Shown here: positions 1 through 9,089 of the stretch, one piece after another
Layout of the letters: the number at the start of each line of letters is the position of its first letter
Position numbering within the stretch: the first letter of the stretch is position 1
Notes under the pieces: model-generated
Seen by the model: only the letters and a program-made list of their open reading frames with translations
Databases searched by the model: none
What the model was told of the DNA's origin: nothing
Origin: Candidatus Thorarchaeota archaeon
GTDB lineage: Archaea; Asgardarchaeota; Thorarchaeia; Thorarchaeales; Thorarchaeaceae
Direction: 5' to 3'
DNA length: 64,000 nt
Assembly: GCA_048884965.1 (NCBI GenBank)
Contig: JBHLQH010000007.1
Location: 1 to 64,000, forward strand
Made by a program: the position numbers and the translations under genes

Positions 1-384
1 GCATTGACGCCGGGACGCCAAAGAGCGTACATTCTTTATTTTTCTGCACCCAAGCAATCCAAAACTCGGGAATCAAGGGTCGAAAAATATGTGCAGCACA
101 TTCTCAATGGAAAGGGCTTGAATGATTGATATGTTCGATGATATGTAGACACACGAATACCACATCCAAAGCATCTCATATCATCATACAAGAGCGTCTT
201 ATTGAGCTTCGAATGCAAATCTATCCACAACCGTCCCATGTGTACGGGAGCAGAGGGCACTGAGGATGAAATACGAGTTTCTCGCTATTGTTCTGGAGCG
301 CATCATTCAATCTTGCTGAAAATTTGCTGGTAACGTAATGGTATTTTAGGTAAATGTATCAGATTGTATCATCTTAGATAAGGT

Positions 385-1248
385 GTGAGAAGTAAGATGA
401 ATAGATTTGCAGGACTCCTAGTCGTCCTTTTAGTAATAGCAGTAGTTCCTAGTATGTATGCGCAGCCAGTTGCGGCTCAAGAACCGGGCGGGGGAGGAAT
501 GCAAAGGGCTTTCTTTGAGGTCGATTACTTCACGTATCGTGCAGCCTTCGAGCTGGCAGATGGCACAGAGGCAGTTGTGTTGCGTAGTTCATACAAGGTC
601 AACTTTCTCTATCAGCACCATCATCCTACTCTCAATGAACACTATATCTCAGTCACGATGGGATTCTATTTCGGAAAGACCATGCTTGGTAGGCCACTTG
701 TCCAGAACATGACCTTCGACGAGATTGCCTTCTATCCAAAATGGCGCAATAGTGCTGGATACTATCATGACTATCTGAATGTCCTGCCGGTCTTCTCGAC
801 ATCCGGTGCGATGGCAGACGGAAAGATGTTTGGCGGATTCTTACTGATCGATAACGACGCGCTCTCACAATACATCCCAATGTTTGGAGGGTATATCGTC
901 TTTGATGGCCTGCGAATCACCCTGATTGATGGGTCTGTGATAGACTACAGCGATTCGACCTTCATGATTGAGCTTGAGAAGCGCTCCAATGATGTGCTTC
1001 CACAAAATGCAACCCTTACTGGAAATGACATCGATTACACCAGTGATGATGGGTATATCCACATCAATACCATGGGAGCTGCTCAGCCAGTCGTTCTTAT
1101 TGACCTGATACTTGGGATTGCCATCCTGAGTACAGCGAGTCTAGTTGTGGTCCTCGGGGTGCTCCATGTAAAGGGACGGATAACCCTTCCAATATCTCGC
1201 CTAAAGGGAGCCTTCAGACATGAGAGCACACCGCCTCCCAACATGTAG
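385..1248 (+). CDS. Hypothetical secreted, membrane-anchored protein
   Basis: N-terminal hydrophobic signal peptide (LLVVLLVIAVVPSMYA) and C-terminal TM helix (VVLIDLILGIAILSTASLVVVLGVL) followed by basic residues. Confidence 0.75.
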   Translation: MRSKMNRFAGLLVVLLVIAVVPSMYAQPVAAQEPGGGGMQRAFFEVDYFTYRAAFELADGTEAVVLRSSYKVNFLYQHHHPTLNEHYISVTMGFYFGKTMLGRPLVQNMTFDEIAFYPKWRNSAGYYHDYLNVLPVFSTSGAMADGKMFGGFLLIDNDALSQYIPMFGGYIVFDGLRITLIDGSVIDYSDSTFMIELEKRSNDVLPQNATLTGNDIDYTSDDGYIHINTMGAAQPVVLIDLILGIAILSTASLVVVLGVLHVKGRITLPISRLKGAFRHESTPPPNM

Positions 1249-1320
1249 AATCTAGAGCTAGATATCAGAGCAAACTAGAAATTCACATTCTTTTCACTAA
1301 GGAGTAGGTGTAAGATACAA

Positions 1321-1455
1321 ATGACGGCTGCAATCTGCCCCCGGTGCGGTTACAATGAAACTGCGATAGTTAGGAAAGAGCTATTGGGGCCTGGCAAGTA
1401 CAAGAAGAGCTGGCGATGCCCAAGGTGTAGCAACACATGGGAGTCAAAGGACTAG
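1321..1455 (+). CDS. Small zinc-ribbon protein (44 aa), not in the ORF track
   Basis: Hand translation MTAAICPRCGYNETAIVRKELLGPGKYKKSWRCPRCSNTWESKD*; two CPRC motifs; GGAGTAGGTG SD-like sequence upstream. Confidence 0.8.
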   Translation: MTAAICPRCGYNETAIVRKELLGPGKYKKSWRCPRCSNTWESKD

Positions 1456-1498
1456 ACGAAACGGTTAAAATCAGATAGTGTCCGAAGTCTGATGCACT

Positions 1499-1616
1499 GC
1501 GGAGGTTGCCAAGCCAGGTCAACGGCGCAGGGTTTAGGTCCCTGTTCAGTAGTGATCTGCGAGCTGCTTGCCAGTTCGTACGCGAATCGCGTGTTCGAAT
1601 CACGCCCTCCGCACCA
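1499..1616 (+). tRNA. tRNA-Leu(TAG) with 30-nt non-canonical intron (1557-1586) and encoded CCA
   Basis: Acceptor GCGGAGG/CCTCCGC-A-CCA, anticodon loop TTTAGGT, variable arm TCA-GTAG-TGA, T arm GCGTG-TTCGAAT-CACGC; removing 30 nt gives an 88-nt tRNA. Confidence 0.92.
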
Positions 1617-1623
1617 TACCTTG

Positions 1624-2112
1624 TTATTTTTGAATACGATAGACAAAGATATCCTGATGATTATGCCAGCTGAGATAGTGAGGCGCATGTGCTATTCTCT
1701 CGAATCCGCAAGAGAGGTAGAACTGATGTGCGTATTCCATAAAATCACCAGTATCGACACGAATAACGTCAATGAGAGGGTGTCCTTTCCCGATTTCCTT
1801 GATTGATTCCATCATCTTTGTGCCAACACCACATCGTAGGTGATCGTGATGTGTGATAACAGAGGTGATGACAAGAGCTTTCCAGTCGAATCGAATGCTA
1901 CTATATCCAACGATTTCATTGCTCTTGGAATCAAATGCGACTAGGATTCTTCCAAATTGAGGAAAAGTGGTATAGACATCGATTTTTAGCAGCTCGTCCT
2001 CAAGAAAAGGAGTGCCAAAGTTCTCAGCCTGTAGAATCATCTTCTCTATGACTTCTCTATCATCGAACTGATACTCGCGTATGACAATGGTCATGGCATA
2101 GGATACTCGCAA
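1624..2112 (-). CDS. GNAT family N-acetyltransferase
   Basis: Acetyl-CoA motif HLRCGVGTKMM and AHQFYLSCGF. Confidence 0.85.
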   Translation of the reverse strand: MRVSYAMTIVIREYQFDDREVIEKMILQAENFGTPFLEDELLKIDVYTTFPQFGRILVAFDSKSNEIVGYSSIRFDWKALVITSVITHHDHLRCGVGTKMMESIKEIGKGHPLIDVIRVDTGDFMEYAHQFYLSCGFERIAHAPHYLSWHNHQDIFVYRIQK

Positions 2113-2160
2113 CTGTGACTTAAGAAATTCGCATCTCGGTTTCCGTGCATGATAGTCACT

Positions 2161-2964
2161 CTAGGTGATGATGTTCCTCAGAGATTTGTGACCTATTAGT
2201 GGACTCAAATCAAGCGACTCGAACTTGTTGAAGGCAAGGTTAAGCATCAGCAACTTTGTGCAAGCTCGAAGAGGCAAGAGATCAATTGCTTGAAACCTGT
2301 TCTTTGAAAGATTGAGAGATTGCAACTCCTGACAGGATGACAATGGCTCCAAATCAATTCTTGTAATGCGATTCAACTCCAGTATGAGTTCTTTCAGAAG
2401 TTTGCAATGTGACAGGGGGTTCAAGTCGACCTCTTCCAGGTAGTTTTGCTCAAGATTGAGTGACTGTAGATTGGATCTTGATAAGGGTGCAAGATCGATT
2501 TTGGAGAGCTTATTCGATGCCAAATTGAGCATTTCAAGGGAGGGCAACTCCACTAAGTCAATAGCGCTCAAGCTATTCATATCAAGATTGATGCTTGCTA
2601 GGCTTTCACATTCTACTAATGGGTTTAGATCGATGTGCTCCAATTTGTTGAATTGAAGGTCCAAATTCGTAATGGTGTGTAGACCTTGTAACGGCGACAG
2701 ATCGATATCAGTGACATTACATGATCTAATTGTCAGATTTCGTAAGTTTTTGCAGATTTTCAACTCGGATAGGTCAAGGTCGAGCACTTCTGGGCGATAA
2801 CTCAGCTCAATCTCCTTTGAATCCACATCAAACTCGACCATTTCCTGCTGCTTTACTAAGGACCATTCGCTTCGCGTACCATCGTCAAAGACATACTGCA
2901 GCGCATCTTCCTGTCGCCATGGCACCCATTCCGCTGTAGCATACCGAATAGCACATTTCACCAA
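2161..2964 (-). CDS. Leucine-rich repeat protein (copy 1)
   Basis: ~22-aa LxxLxLxxNxLxxIDLxPL repeats; paralog of 4371..5177. Confidence 0.9.
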   Translation of the reverse strand: MVKCAIRYATAEWVPWRQEDALQYVFDDGTRSEWSLVKQQEMVEFDVDSKEIELSYRPEVLDLDLSELKICKNLRNLTIRSCNVTDIDLSPLQGLHTITNLDLQFNKLEHIDLNPLVECESLASINLDMNSLSAIDLVELPSLEMLNLASNKLSKIDLAPLSRSNLQSLNLEQNYLEEVDLNPLSHCKLLKELILELNRITRIDLEPLSSCQELQSLNLSKNRFQAIDLLPLRACTKLLMLNLAFNKFESLDLSPLIGHKSLRNIIT

Positions 2965-3078
2965 TTTTACTCGAGTTCAAGTGAGAATCAATGAATTTCA
3001 ATCAATTTCATCTATCTATTGAAGGGATTCTCGAAAGATAATATTGTGGTAGCCTTCATCAGGACAGGAGGATTATCC

Positions 3079-3276
3079 ATAAAGTAACTATTCTTAGCTC
3101 CCGATGACAATAAGATGCAGCTATACCACCTGCTCTTGAATGCGAATAACTTCTATGAGAAGGAACATGGGGTGGCAGTCGTGTTGGAACGCGCATCTCC
3201 AAATCTGCTTATCGAGATCGCGGATGGGTCAATGAAGCTACCTGTCTTCGATAGAGCGATGAAGAAAGGGATTATC
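3079..3276 (+). pseudogene. Decayed, truncated copy of the DsrE-like gene at 5340..5681
   Basis: Aligns to 5340-5537; start ATG>ATA, codon 3 TAT>TAA, LECAS>LERAS; homology ends after KGII, so CxxC is lost. Confidence 0.85.
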
Positions 3277-3359
3277 CCTCCCAAATCCAATACAGGATTG
3301 TTAGTTCAACTCTCGCCCATCGCACCATCTTTACATCTATCTGATTCCGACCTCAGATT

Positions 3360-3911
3360 TCATCTTACTAGGAGGAATGCATACCTGTTCATGGTATCAG
3401 TATACTCCTTTAGAACTTCAATTGGATACCCGACATTCCGAACAGACGAGAAGACATCGACAGCCATCGCTTCTGCTGTAGGACGGGCGTGATACGGTTG
3501 TTTGCACTCTTCCCTTAGGTTGGCGCACTCCTTACAAAGGGAACAGCTCCCAGCGAATAGTAGAAAGGTCTTGACATTGCCTGCAAGGAATACCTCTTTC
3601 TCTAATTCTAGCAGTTTATTGTCAAAATCTCTGACCAGATCATGTCGCTCATCTATACTATCAAGTTTCTTTCCAAGATGAAAGATAGCTATGTCTGTGT
3701 ACTCGCTAAAGAACTCCCGACATTCGGAAACGGAAAGAGTGTTCGGCGGACATGCCGCGATTCTTCCATAGTCAGGACAACCAAACTTGCATTTCATTCG
3801 GACCCAGTTAGATACTATAATATCGTCAGGTGTAGTCCACTTGAAATCTGAAAAACCATGCCTATGAAAGATTGCTTCTAATTCATCGATCGTTTGCGCC
3901 TTGCTATTCAT
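3360..3911 (-). CDS. DUF2284-like metal-binding protein
   Basis: VRMKCKFGCPDYG..ACPP, AGSCSLCKEC, ARPTAEAMAVDV motifs. Confidence 0.85.
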   Translation of the reverse strand: MNSKAQTIDELEAIFHRHGFSDFKWTTPDDIIVSNWVRMKCKFGCPDYGRIAACPPNTLSVSECREFFSEYTDIAIFHLGKKLDSIDERHDLVRDFDNKLLELEKEVFLAGNVKTFLLFAGSCSLCKECANLREECKQPYHARPTAEAMAVDVFSSVRNVGYPIEVLKEYTDTMNRYAFLLVR

Positions 3912-4370
3912 AATGTGTCCTGTAAAAGAGTAATTTCGAAACTATTTGATTGTCTTTTAACGCAAGTATACTTGAATGATAATTGATGACACTACTGCGA
4001 TTATCATAAATCGAATTCCTTGGACAGGAGAAACGGCCATAGATTCGCTTCTAGGTTACAGGAATTCTAGCCAAGGCAGGTACTTTGCATTTTCTGTCTA
4101 TCTGAATGGTTCTTGTAGACTCCCACAGCCTCAGCACATGCAGGGCGCATGTATACAATTCTCTTCAATGCAGATGGAGGGGAGAATGCTTCTTGATCAT
4201 GACTCCTTCTTCTGTTCGCAGTGCGACCGGATAGGAGAACAAGGATGGCTATCGAAAATGCAATCATTGCGAGCAAGATGCCGAGATTCATACTTAGTCG
4301 ATTGTTCAATCTATTAAAAGATAGACTAATCGCGTAATGCTCTAACAGGTGTCTAATTGATTTCTTCTAC

Positions 4371-5177
4371 CTAGCGTATGATATCTATCAGGTGCTCGAT
4401 ATTCTTCAGAGGTGTCAGATTGATCGATTTGATGTCATTATGAGCGATGTCGAGTGTTTCCAATTCAATGCAATTTCTAAGAGGTGCAAGGTTGATCGTT
4501 CGTAGTCTATTCTTTGAAAGATTCAGAAGTCGTATCTTCTTGCAATCTGACAGAGGGCTTAGGTTGATCCGCTCAAGCAGATTCGATTCCAATGTGAGAT
4601 CTCTCAGATACAAGCAATGTGATAATGATGTCAAGCTGATTTTTTGTAGCCGATTGTGCGCTATATTTAGAAACGTGAGGTGGGGACTTTTGGACAAAGA
4701 TTTGAGATTGATTGTAGAGAGCTTGTTCGACCCAAGATGAAGAGTTTCAAGTGATGGTAATCCTACAAGATCAATCTCGGTCAGATGATTCATATCGAGA
4801 TTGATGTGTTTCAACTTTGGGCAATTCTCTATTGGTTTGAGATTGATTCCCTCAAGTCTGTTAAATCGCAGGTCCAAGCTTGCGAGACTGGGATGCATTT
4901 TCAATGGAGAAAGGTCAATCTCTGTTAGATTGCATGATTCTATCGTTAGATTTTGTAGTTTTTTACAGGATTTCAAGTCAGATAGGTCAAGATCAAGGAC
5001 TTGTGGCTGAAATCTCAACTCGACGCTCTCACAATCACTGCTAAACTCGATTATCTCTTGCTGCTTGATAAGAGACCACTCACTTCGCGTACTATCATCA
5101 TAAGTATGACGTATGGCATCTTCTTCACGCCATGGTACCCATTCATTCTTCGAATATGTGAGCGCACATCTTTTCAT
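4371..5177 (-). CDS. Leucine-rich repeat protein (copy 2)
   Basis: LRR repeats with IDLSPL/INLSPL; shares the EWVPWR..TRSEWSL N-terminus with copy 1. Confidence 0.9.
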   Translation of the reverse strand: MKRCALTYSKNEWVPWREEDAIRHTYDDSTRSEWSLIKQQEIIEFSSDCESVELRFQPQVLDLDLSDLKSCKKLQNLTIESCNLTEIDLSPLKMHPSLASLDLRFNRLEGINLKPIENCPKLKHINLDMNHLTEIDLVGLPSLETLHLGSNKLSTINLKSLSKSPHLTFLNIAHNRLQKISLTSLSHCLYLRDLTLESNLLERINLSPLSDCKKIRLLNLSKNRLRTINLAPLRNCIELETLDIAHNDIKSINLTPLKNIEHLIDIIR

Positions 5178-5339
5178 GGTGTCCTTCGGGTATCATACGG
5201 ATTGAGAGATTTCAATGGATTTCAGATGTTATCTGGATATTATATCTTCGATTTCTTACAAGTATCAAGAATAGATGGCCACAGTCCATCTCGAAAGGTA
5301 ATTATTGCCGTGCGTTTCATCAAATTGTGAGGGGTATCC

Positions 5340-5681
5340 ATGAAGTATCTGTTTCTTGCTACTGATGATAACAAGATGCAACTATACCACTTGCTCTTGA
5401 ATGCGAATAACTTCCATGATAATGGACATGAAGTTGCGGTTATCTTGGAATGCGCATCTCCAAAGCTGCTTATAGGAATAGCAGATGGATCGATGAAACT
5501 ACCTGTTTTCGATAAGGCGATGGAGAAGGGAATCATTGATCATGCCTGCAAGGCATGCACGGCGGCATTCAATGCGACCGAGGCTGCTGAGAAGCTTGGA
5601 GTTCCACTAAAGGGAGAGTTGAGTGGTCATAGTGATCTGTTGGGCTTTGCTGCCACGGACTATTCGATAATTACATTCTGA
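5340..5681 (+). CDS. DsrE/DsrF-like small protein
   Basis: 113 aa; HLLLNA..VAVILE, ACKAC motif, SGH near the C-terminus, ends YSIITF. Confidence 0.75.
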   Translation: MKYLFLATDDNKMQLYHLLLNANNFHDNGHEVAVILECASPKLLIGIADGSMKLPVFDKAMEKGIIDHACKACTAAFNATEAAEKLGVPLKGELSGHSDLLGFAATDYSIITF

Positions 5682-5721
5682 CCTGAATTCCAAATTGTTT
5701 TATCCTACCTAGTCACTTTAC

Positions 5722-6390
5722 GTGATTGTGAAGTCTTCCAAGTACAAGGATATGCGGTTCTATTCCAGAGAAAGAGTAGAGGAAATTACTCAAAGTCTAG
5801 AAGAGATTGTTGTTATTCCCGTAAATGAAGCATTTGAAGGCGAAAATAGAGTCTATAGTTTAGGAGAAATGGAAGAGATCCTAAGAAGTGCAGATAAAAT
5901 CGCGTCAGGAAAATGCGGGTGCAGAAGAGAGTATGGCAATTGCAATTCACCTTTGGATGGCTGCATTAGTCTAGATACAGTAGCAGACTATTATCTGGAG
6001 AATGAGCCTTCGACAGATAATACAATAAGTGTCGAAAAAGCACTTGAATTGCTCAGGAAAAGTCATGATGCGGGGCTAGTACATATCTCCTATACTATGA
6101 AGGATGACAAAAGGCCTGGTCTGATTTGTAGTTGCTGTCCGTGTTGCTGTCACACTCTTGGAAGCTTGGTCAGAGACGGAACGCACCCAAAGATGCTAAC
6201 TTCCAAGTACATCGCAAGAAATGACGCTGAATCGTGTATACGATGTGGGAAGTGTGTAGATAGGTGCGCTTTCGATGCACGAGTGCTGACCAACGAGGTA
6301 CTTTTGTATGATTCCACTAGGTGTTTTGGTTGCGGTTTATGCTTGTCAACATGTCCAAACAATGCAATCAGTCTGACTCCAAGAGAATAG
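5722..6390 (+). CDS. 4Fe-4S dicluster-binding protein
   Basis: CGCR, ICSCCPCCC, CIRCGKCVDRC and CFGCGLCLSTCP motifs. Confidence 0.85.
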   Translation: MIVKSSKYKDMRFYSRERVEEITQSLEEIVVIPVNEAFEGENRVYSLGEMEEILRSADKIASGKCGCRREYGNCNSPLDGCISLDTVADYYLENEPSTDNTISVEKALELLRKSHDAGLVHISYTMKDDKRPGLICSCCPCCCHTLGSLVRDGTHPKMLTSKYIARNDAESCIRCGKCVDRCAFDARVLTNEVLLYDSTRCFGCGLCLSTCPNNAISLTPRE

Positions 6391-6404
6391 TCATGCAAAG
6401 AATA

Positions 6405-6521
6405 TGGCGCCGGGGATGAGATTTGAATTCGTGCCCTGTGTCTTCAAGATACACAGGGTCTCACGCGTCACGAAGACAGCGGTTTTCGAGACCGCCTCCA
6501 TAGCCACTAGGAGACCCCGGC
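6405..6521 (-). tRNA. tRNA-Ser(CGA) with 32-nt intron at position 53/54 (6428-6459) and encoded CCA
   Basis: GCCGGGG/CCCCGGC-G-CCA acceptor, GCGGT-CTCGAAA-ACCGC anticodon arm, long variable arm, GTGAG[intron]TTCAAAT-CTCAT. Confidence 0.92.
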
Positions 6522-6563
6522 TTGCGGTAATGCTAGCACATCTGAATCATGATTTAATCTTTC

Positions 6564-7943
6564 TCATGAGCTTAGGTCGTCAAGAACCTGTTCCATGACC
6601 TTTCGAGCAGTGTCTGCAATACTATCAAGGGTCGCTTGTGACCTCGCGCCAATGTAGAGTCGTGCCTTTGGCTCAGTACCAGACACTCGAACGAGGACAT
6701 AGGAGCCATCATTGCGCTCGATTCGAATGCCATCCTCCTCCAGAATCTGATCTATTCCTGAGAACTCAGGTACAAGAAGCTCTTTCACCTTTGAGAGGAA
6801 TTTAGGCTTGATTGGGTCGGGACAGGACACATTCTCCCGGAGCATGGGATACTCGGGGATTGACCTCATTAGCTTGATACAACTGCCATTGCCCTCCTCT
6901 GTGACCATCTGAGAGATACGAGCAGCACCTATGATTCCATCCATCCACCTGCCGAATTTCATGAAGATCGGCTTCCAAGGCTCGGATGCGAAGATGATCT
7001 CATCACTATCCTTGGCTTCGAACGATTCCTGAAGGGATCCCAGTGGAGCCCTGACCACGGTACCCCCTGCTGCAGTGACGATTTCATCAATGACGCTCGA
7101 AGTGTCAATCGAAACGACGACTTTTCCACCATTGTTCCGTTCGACCTCATCTCTTGCGAAGAGCGCGATGATCCTGTTCTGATCAATGAAACGACCTTCT
7201 TCGTCAATCACTGCTATTCGATCCCCATCACCGTCATGGGCGATGGTCACTGCGAAATCTGAATCCTTCGCCATCTTCATGGTATCGACAAGATTGGCCG
7301 GTGAGGGCTCTGCGAGCCTTCCGGGAAAATGACCATCAGGATTGGAGTTGACGGTGGTGACCTTGAAGCCAAGCTCACGCAGCAGGTGAGGGGTATAGTT
7401 GCATGCTGCACCATTGGCCGTATCGATTAGAACTCGAGTCCCGTCACCCTTCTGCCCACGACTGAGAATGAAAGCCATAGCTCGTCTGAAATATGTCGGA
7501 CGGATGTCCCAGGTCGATATCTTGCCGATCGATGCCCAATCAGCTACTAGGAACTTACAATCCTCTACGCGACTCTCAAGAAATACCTCCTCAGAACGGA
7601 TAAACTCACGACCGCCAACAAAGAACTTGAACCCATTATCGCCTGGAGGGTTGTGACTTGCGGTAATGATCACTGATGCTGAGATACCCTCCAAGGTACT
7701 GTGAGAGGCCGTAGTAGGCATCGGTGCGCCATCTAAATCGACGACATTGGTCCCAGTGGATACTATCCCTGCGATAAATGCGTTCTTGAGCATCTCTCTG
7801 GATGTCCTTGTGTCGATTCCTACGCCTACATTCCCGTTGCCTTCTAGATAGGTGCCCAATGCACGTCCTAGGTCCAAAGCTAGGTTAGGTGTCACTTTCT
7901 CTGTGATTCCGCCACGAATTCCACTTGTTCCGAAGATTTTCAG
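6564..7943 (-). CDS. Phosphohexomutase (GlmM/PMM/PGM family), probable CTG start
   Basis: ITASHNP phosphoserine motif and DGDGDR metal loop; conserved N-terminal KIFGTSGIRG lies upstream of the tracked start at 7895. Confidence 0.9.
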   Translation of the reverse strand: MKIFGTSGIRGGITEKVTPNLALDLGRALGTYLEGNGNVGVGIDTRTSREMLKNAFIAGIVSTGTNVVDLDGAPMPTTASHSTLEGISASVIITASHNPPGDNGFKFFVGGREFIRSEEVFLESRVEDCKFLVADWASIGKISTWDIRPTYFRRAMAFILSRGQKGDGTRVLIDTANGAACNYTPHLLRELGFKVTTVNSNPDGHFPGRLAEPSPANLVDTMKMAKDSDFAVTIAHDGDGDRIAVIDEEGRFIDQNRIIALFARDEVERNNGGKVVVSIDTSSVIDEIVTAAGGTVVRAPLGSLQESFEAKDSDEIIFASEPWKPIFMKFGRWMDGIIGAARISQMVTEEGNGSCIKLMRSIPEYPMLRENVSCPDPIKPKFLSKVKELLVPEFSGIDQILEEDGIRIERNDGSYVLVRVSGTEPKARLYIGARSQATLDSIADTARKVMEQVLDDLSS

Positions 7944-7955
7944 TCAAATCATCTC

Positions 7956-8969
7956 CTAATTTGTCGGAAGTGCAAGATCAACGATGTCTTTCGATGCCTC
8001 ACCTATTTTCAGAAGGCTATCGATCACATGAAGCTGAGCCTGAATGTCCCCATTTGGTGATGCCAAGATGTCCTGTCGGACCTTGGCGATGCCATCGATG
8101 AGCTCTTTCTCGGCAGCAATGACCCATGAGACCTTCTCGGAGTTGAACTTGAATAGGTTCGATACTGATTCTGAGTGCATTCTTTTTATCTGTTCGACAA
8201 GCGGCATCATCTTCTTGCTAATCTTGCTATCTACTGGATCGGAAGTCTTTCTTGCGATATCAACAGCAAGATCTGCGATTCGTTCAATATACTGTGCAGC
8301 GAGCCTGAAATCAAGCGCAGATACGGGATTGATGCCCATTGTTTCGGACATGCTAGGATACTGTATCGCGGATCGCAGCTCACGAACGATGAGGAAGAAT
8401 AGACGGTCGACCTCCTCATCCCGCTCGATGACTGCATTGGCCATGTCGCGTTGTCCCTCAAAATAGGCATGCATAGCGTCGTTGAACATCCGTGATGTGA
8501 TCAGATCCATCCGCTTCATGGCCTTGTCGACAGGCAATGTCGAAGGATCCACCAAGCATTGAATGATGATCTCATTCTCCGTCTCATCCGTGACCTCGAG
8601 GGCTACAAAGCGCTTGATTATCCGCTTCAGCTCGTCACGATGCTTGTTTGTTAGGGGCTTTTTGGATACGATCCGAATCTCATCGAAACCCAGCAAGTAC
8701 TTGCTAGTGATGGACCATCTTAGGTTAGGCTCGATAGGAATCGAAGTCGAGCGTGTTTCCCCTGCCTTTGAGTATCTGGGATCGATAATCAGACACCCGT
8801 CTTCACGTTCTGAAACTACCACCGGATCTCCTTTCTTCAGATTCTGTCTGGATACCCACTGCTTTGGCAGTATTATCAAGAAGGACCCTCCTTTTTCCTC
8901 ATTCGTATCCTTATCTTTCTGGACTCCGGTTTGTTGTAGGCGTCTGATATTCACGTCTTCCGACCTCAC
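7956..8969 (-). CDS. phoU: Archaeal phosphate uptake regulator (AbrB/SpoVT + PhoU domains)
   Basis: RRLQQTG..SFLIILPKQW N-terminus; ERDEEVDRL and IERIADLA PhoU motifs. Confidence 0.85.
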   Translation of the reverse strand: MRSEDVNIRRLQQTGVQKDKDTNEEKGGSFLIILPKQWVSRQNLKKGDPVVVSEREDGCLIIDPRYSKAGETRSTSIPIEPNLRWSITSKYLLGFDEIRIVSKKPLTNKHRDELKRIIKRFVALEVTDETENEIIIQCLVDPSTLPVDKAMKRMDLITSRMFNDAMHAYFEGQRDMANAVIERDEEVDRLFFLIVRELRSAIQYPSMSETMGINPVSALDFRLAAQYIERIADLAVDIARKTSDPVDSKISKKMMPLVEQIKRMHSESVSNLFKFNSEKVSWVIAAEKELIDGIAKVRQDILASPNGDIQAQLHVIDSLLKIGEASKDIVDLALPTN

Positions 8970-9089
8970 GCATCCCAGTCGCGCGCTCTGGGATAGTTCG
9001 TTGGCACTAATACACTTAACGCACGAGCAGTTAGATATCTTTAGGCAGCTGTTTAAAACGGATTCCTCGTCATTAGTTTTGGTGACCAG

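Noticed and set aside
36-260. 74-aa minus-strand ORF with CFGC and CC residues
   Set aside because: Could be a small Zn-binding protein, but there is no recognisable family or clear start signal
1370-1806. ORFs 1370..1603, 1452..1688 and 1492..1806
   Set aside because: They overlap tRNA-Leu and the GNAT gene; spurious
3115-3492. 125-aa ORF as an intact gene
   Set aside because: The first half is the DsrE pseudogene; the rest is read-through antisense to the DUF2284 gene
3958-4317. ORFs 3976..4317(+) and 4067..4309(-)
   Set aside because: Hydrophobic fragments in different minus-strand frames may be a decayed membrane-protein gene, but this cannot be supported without homologs
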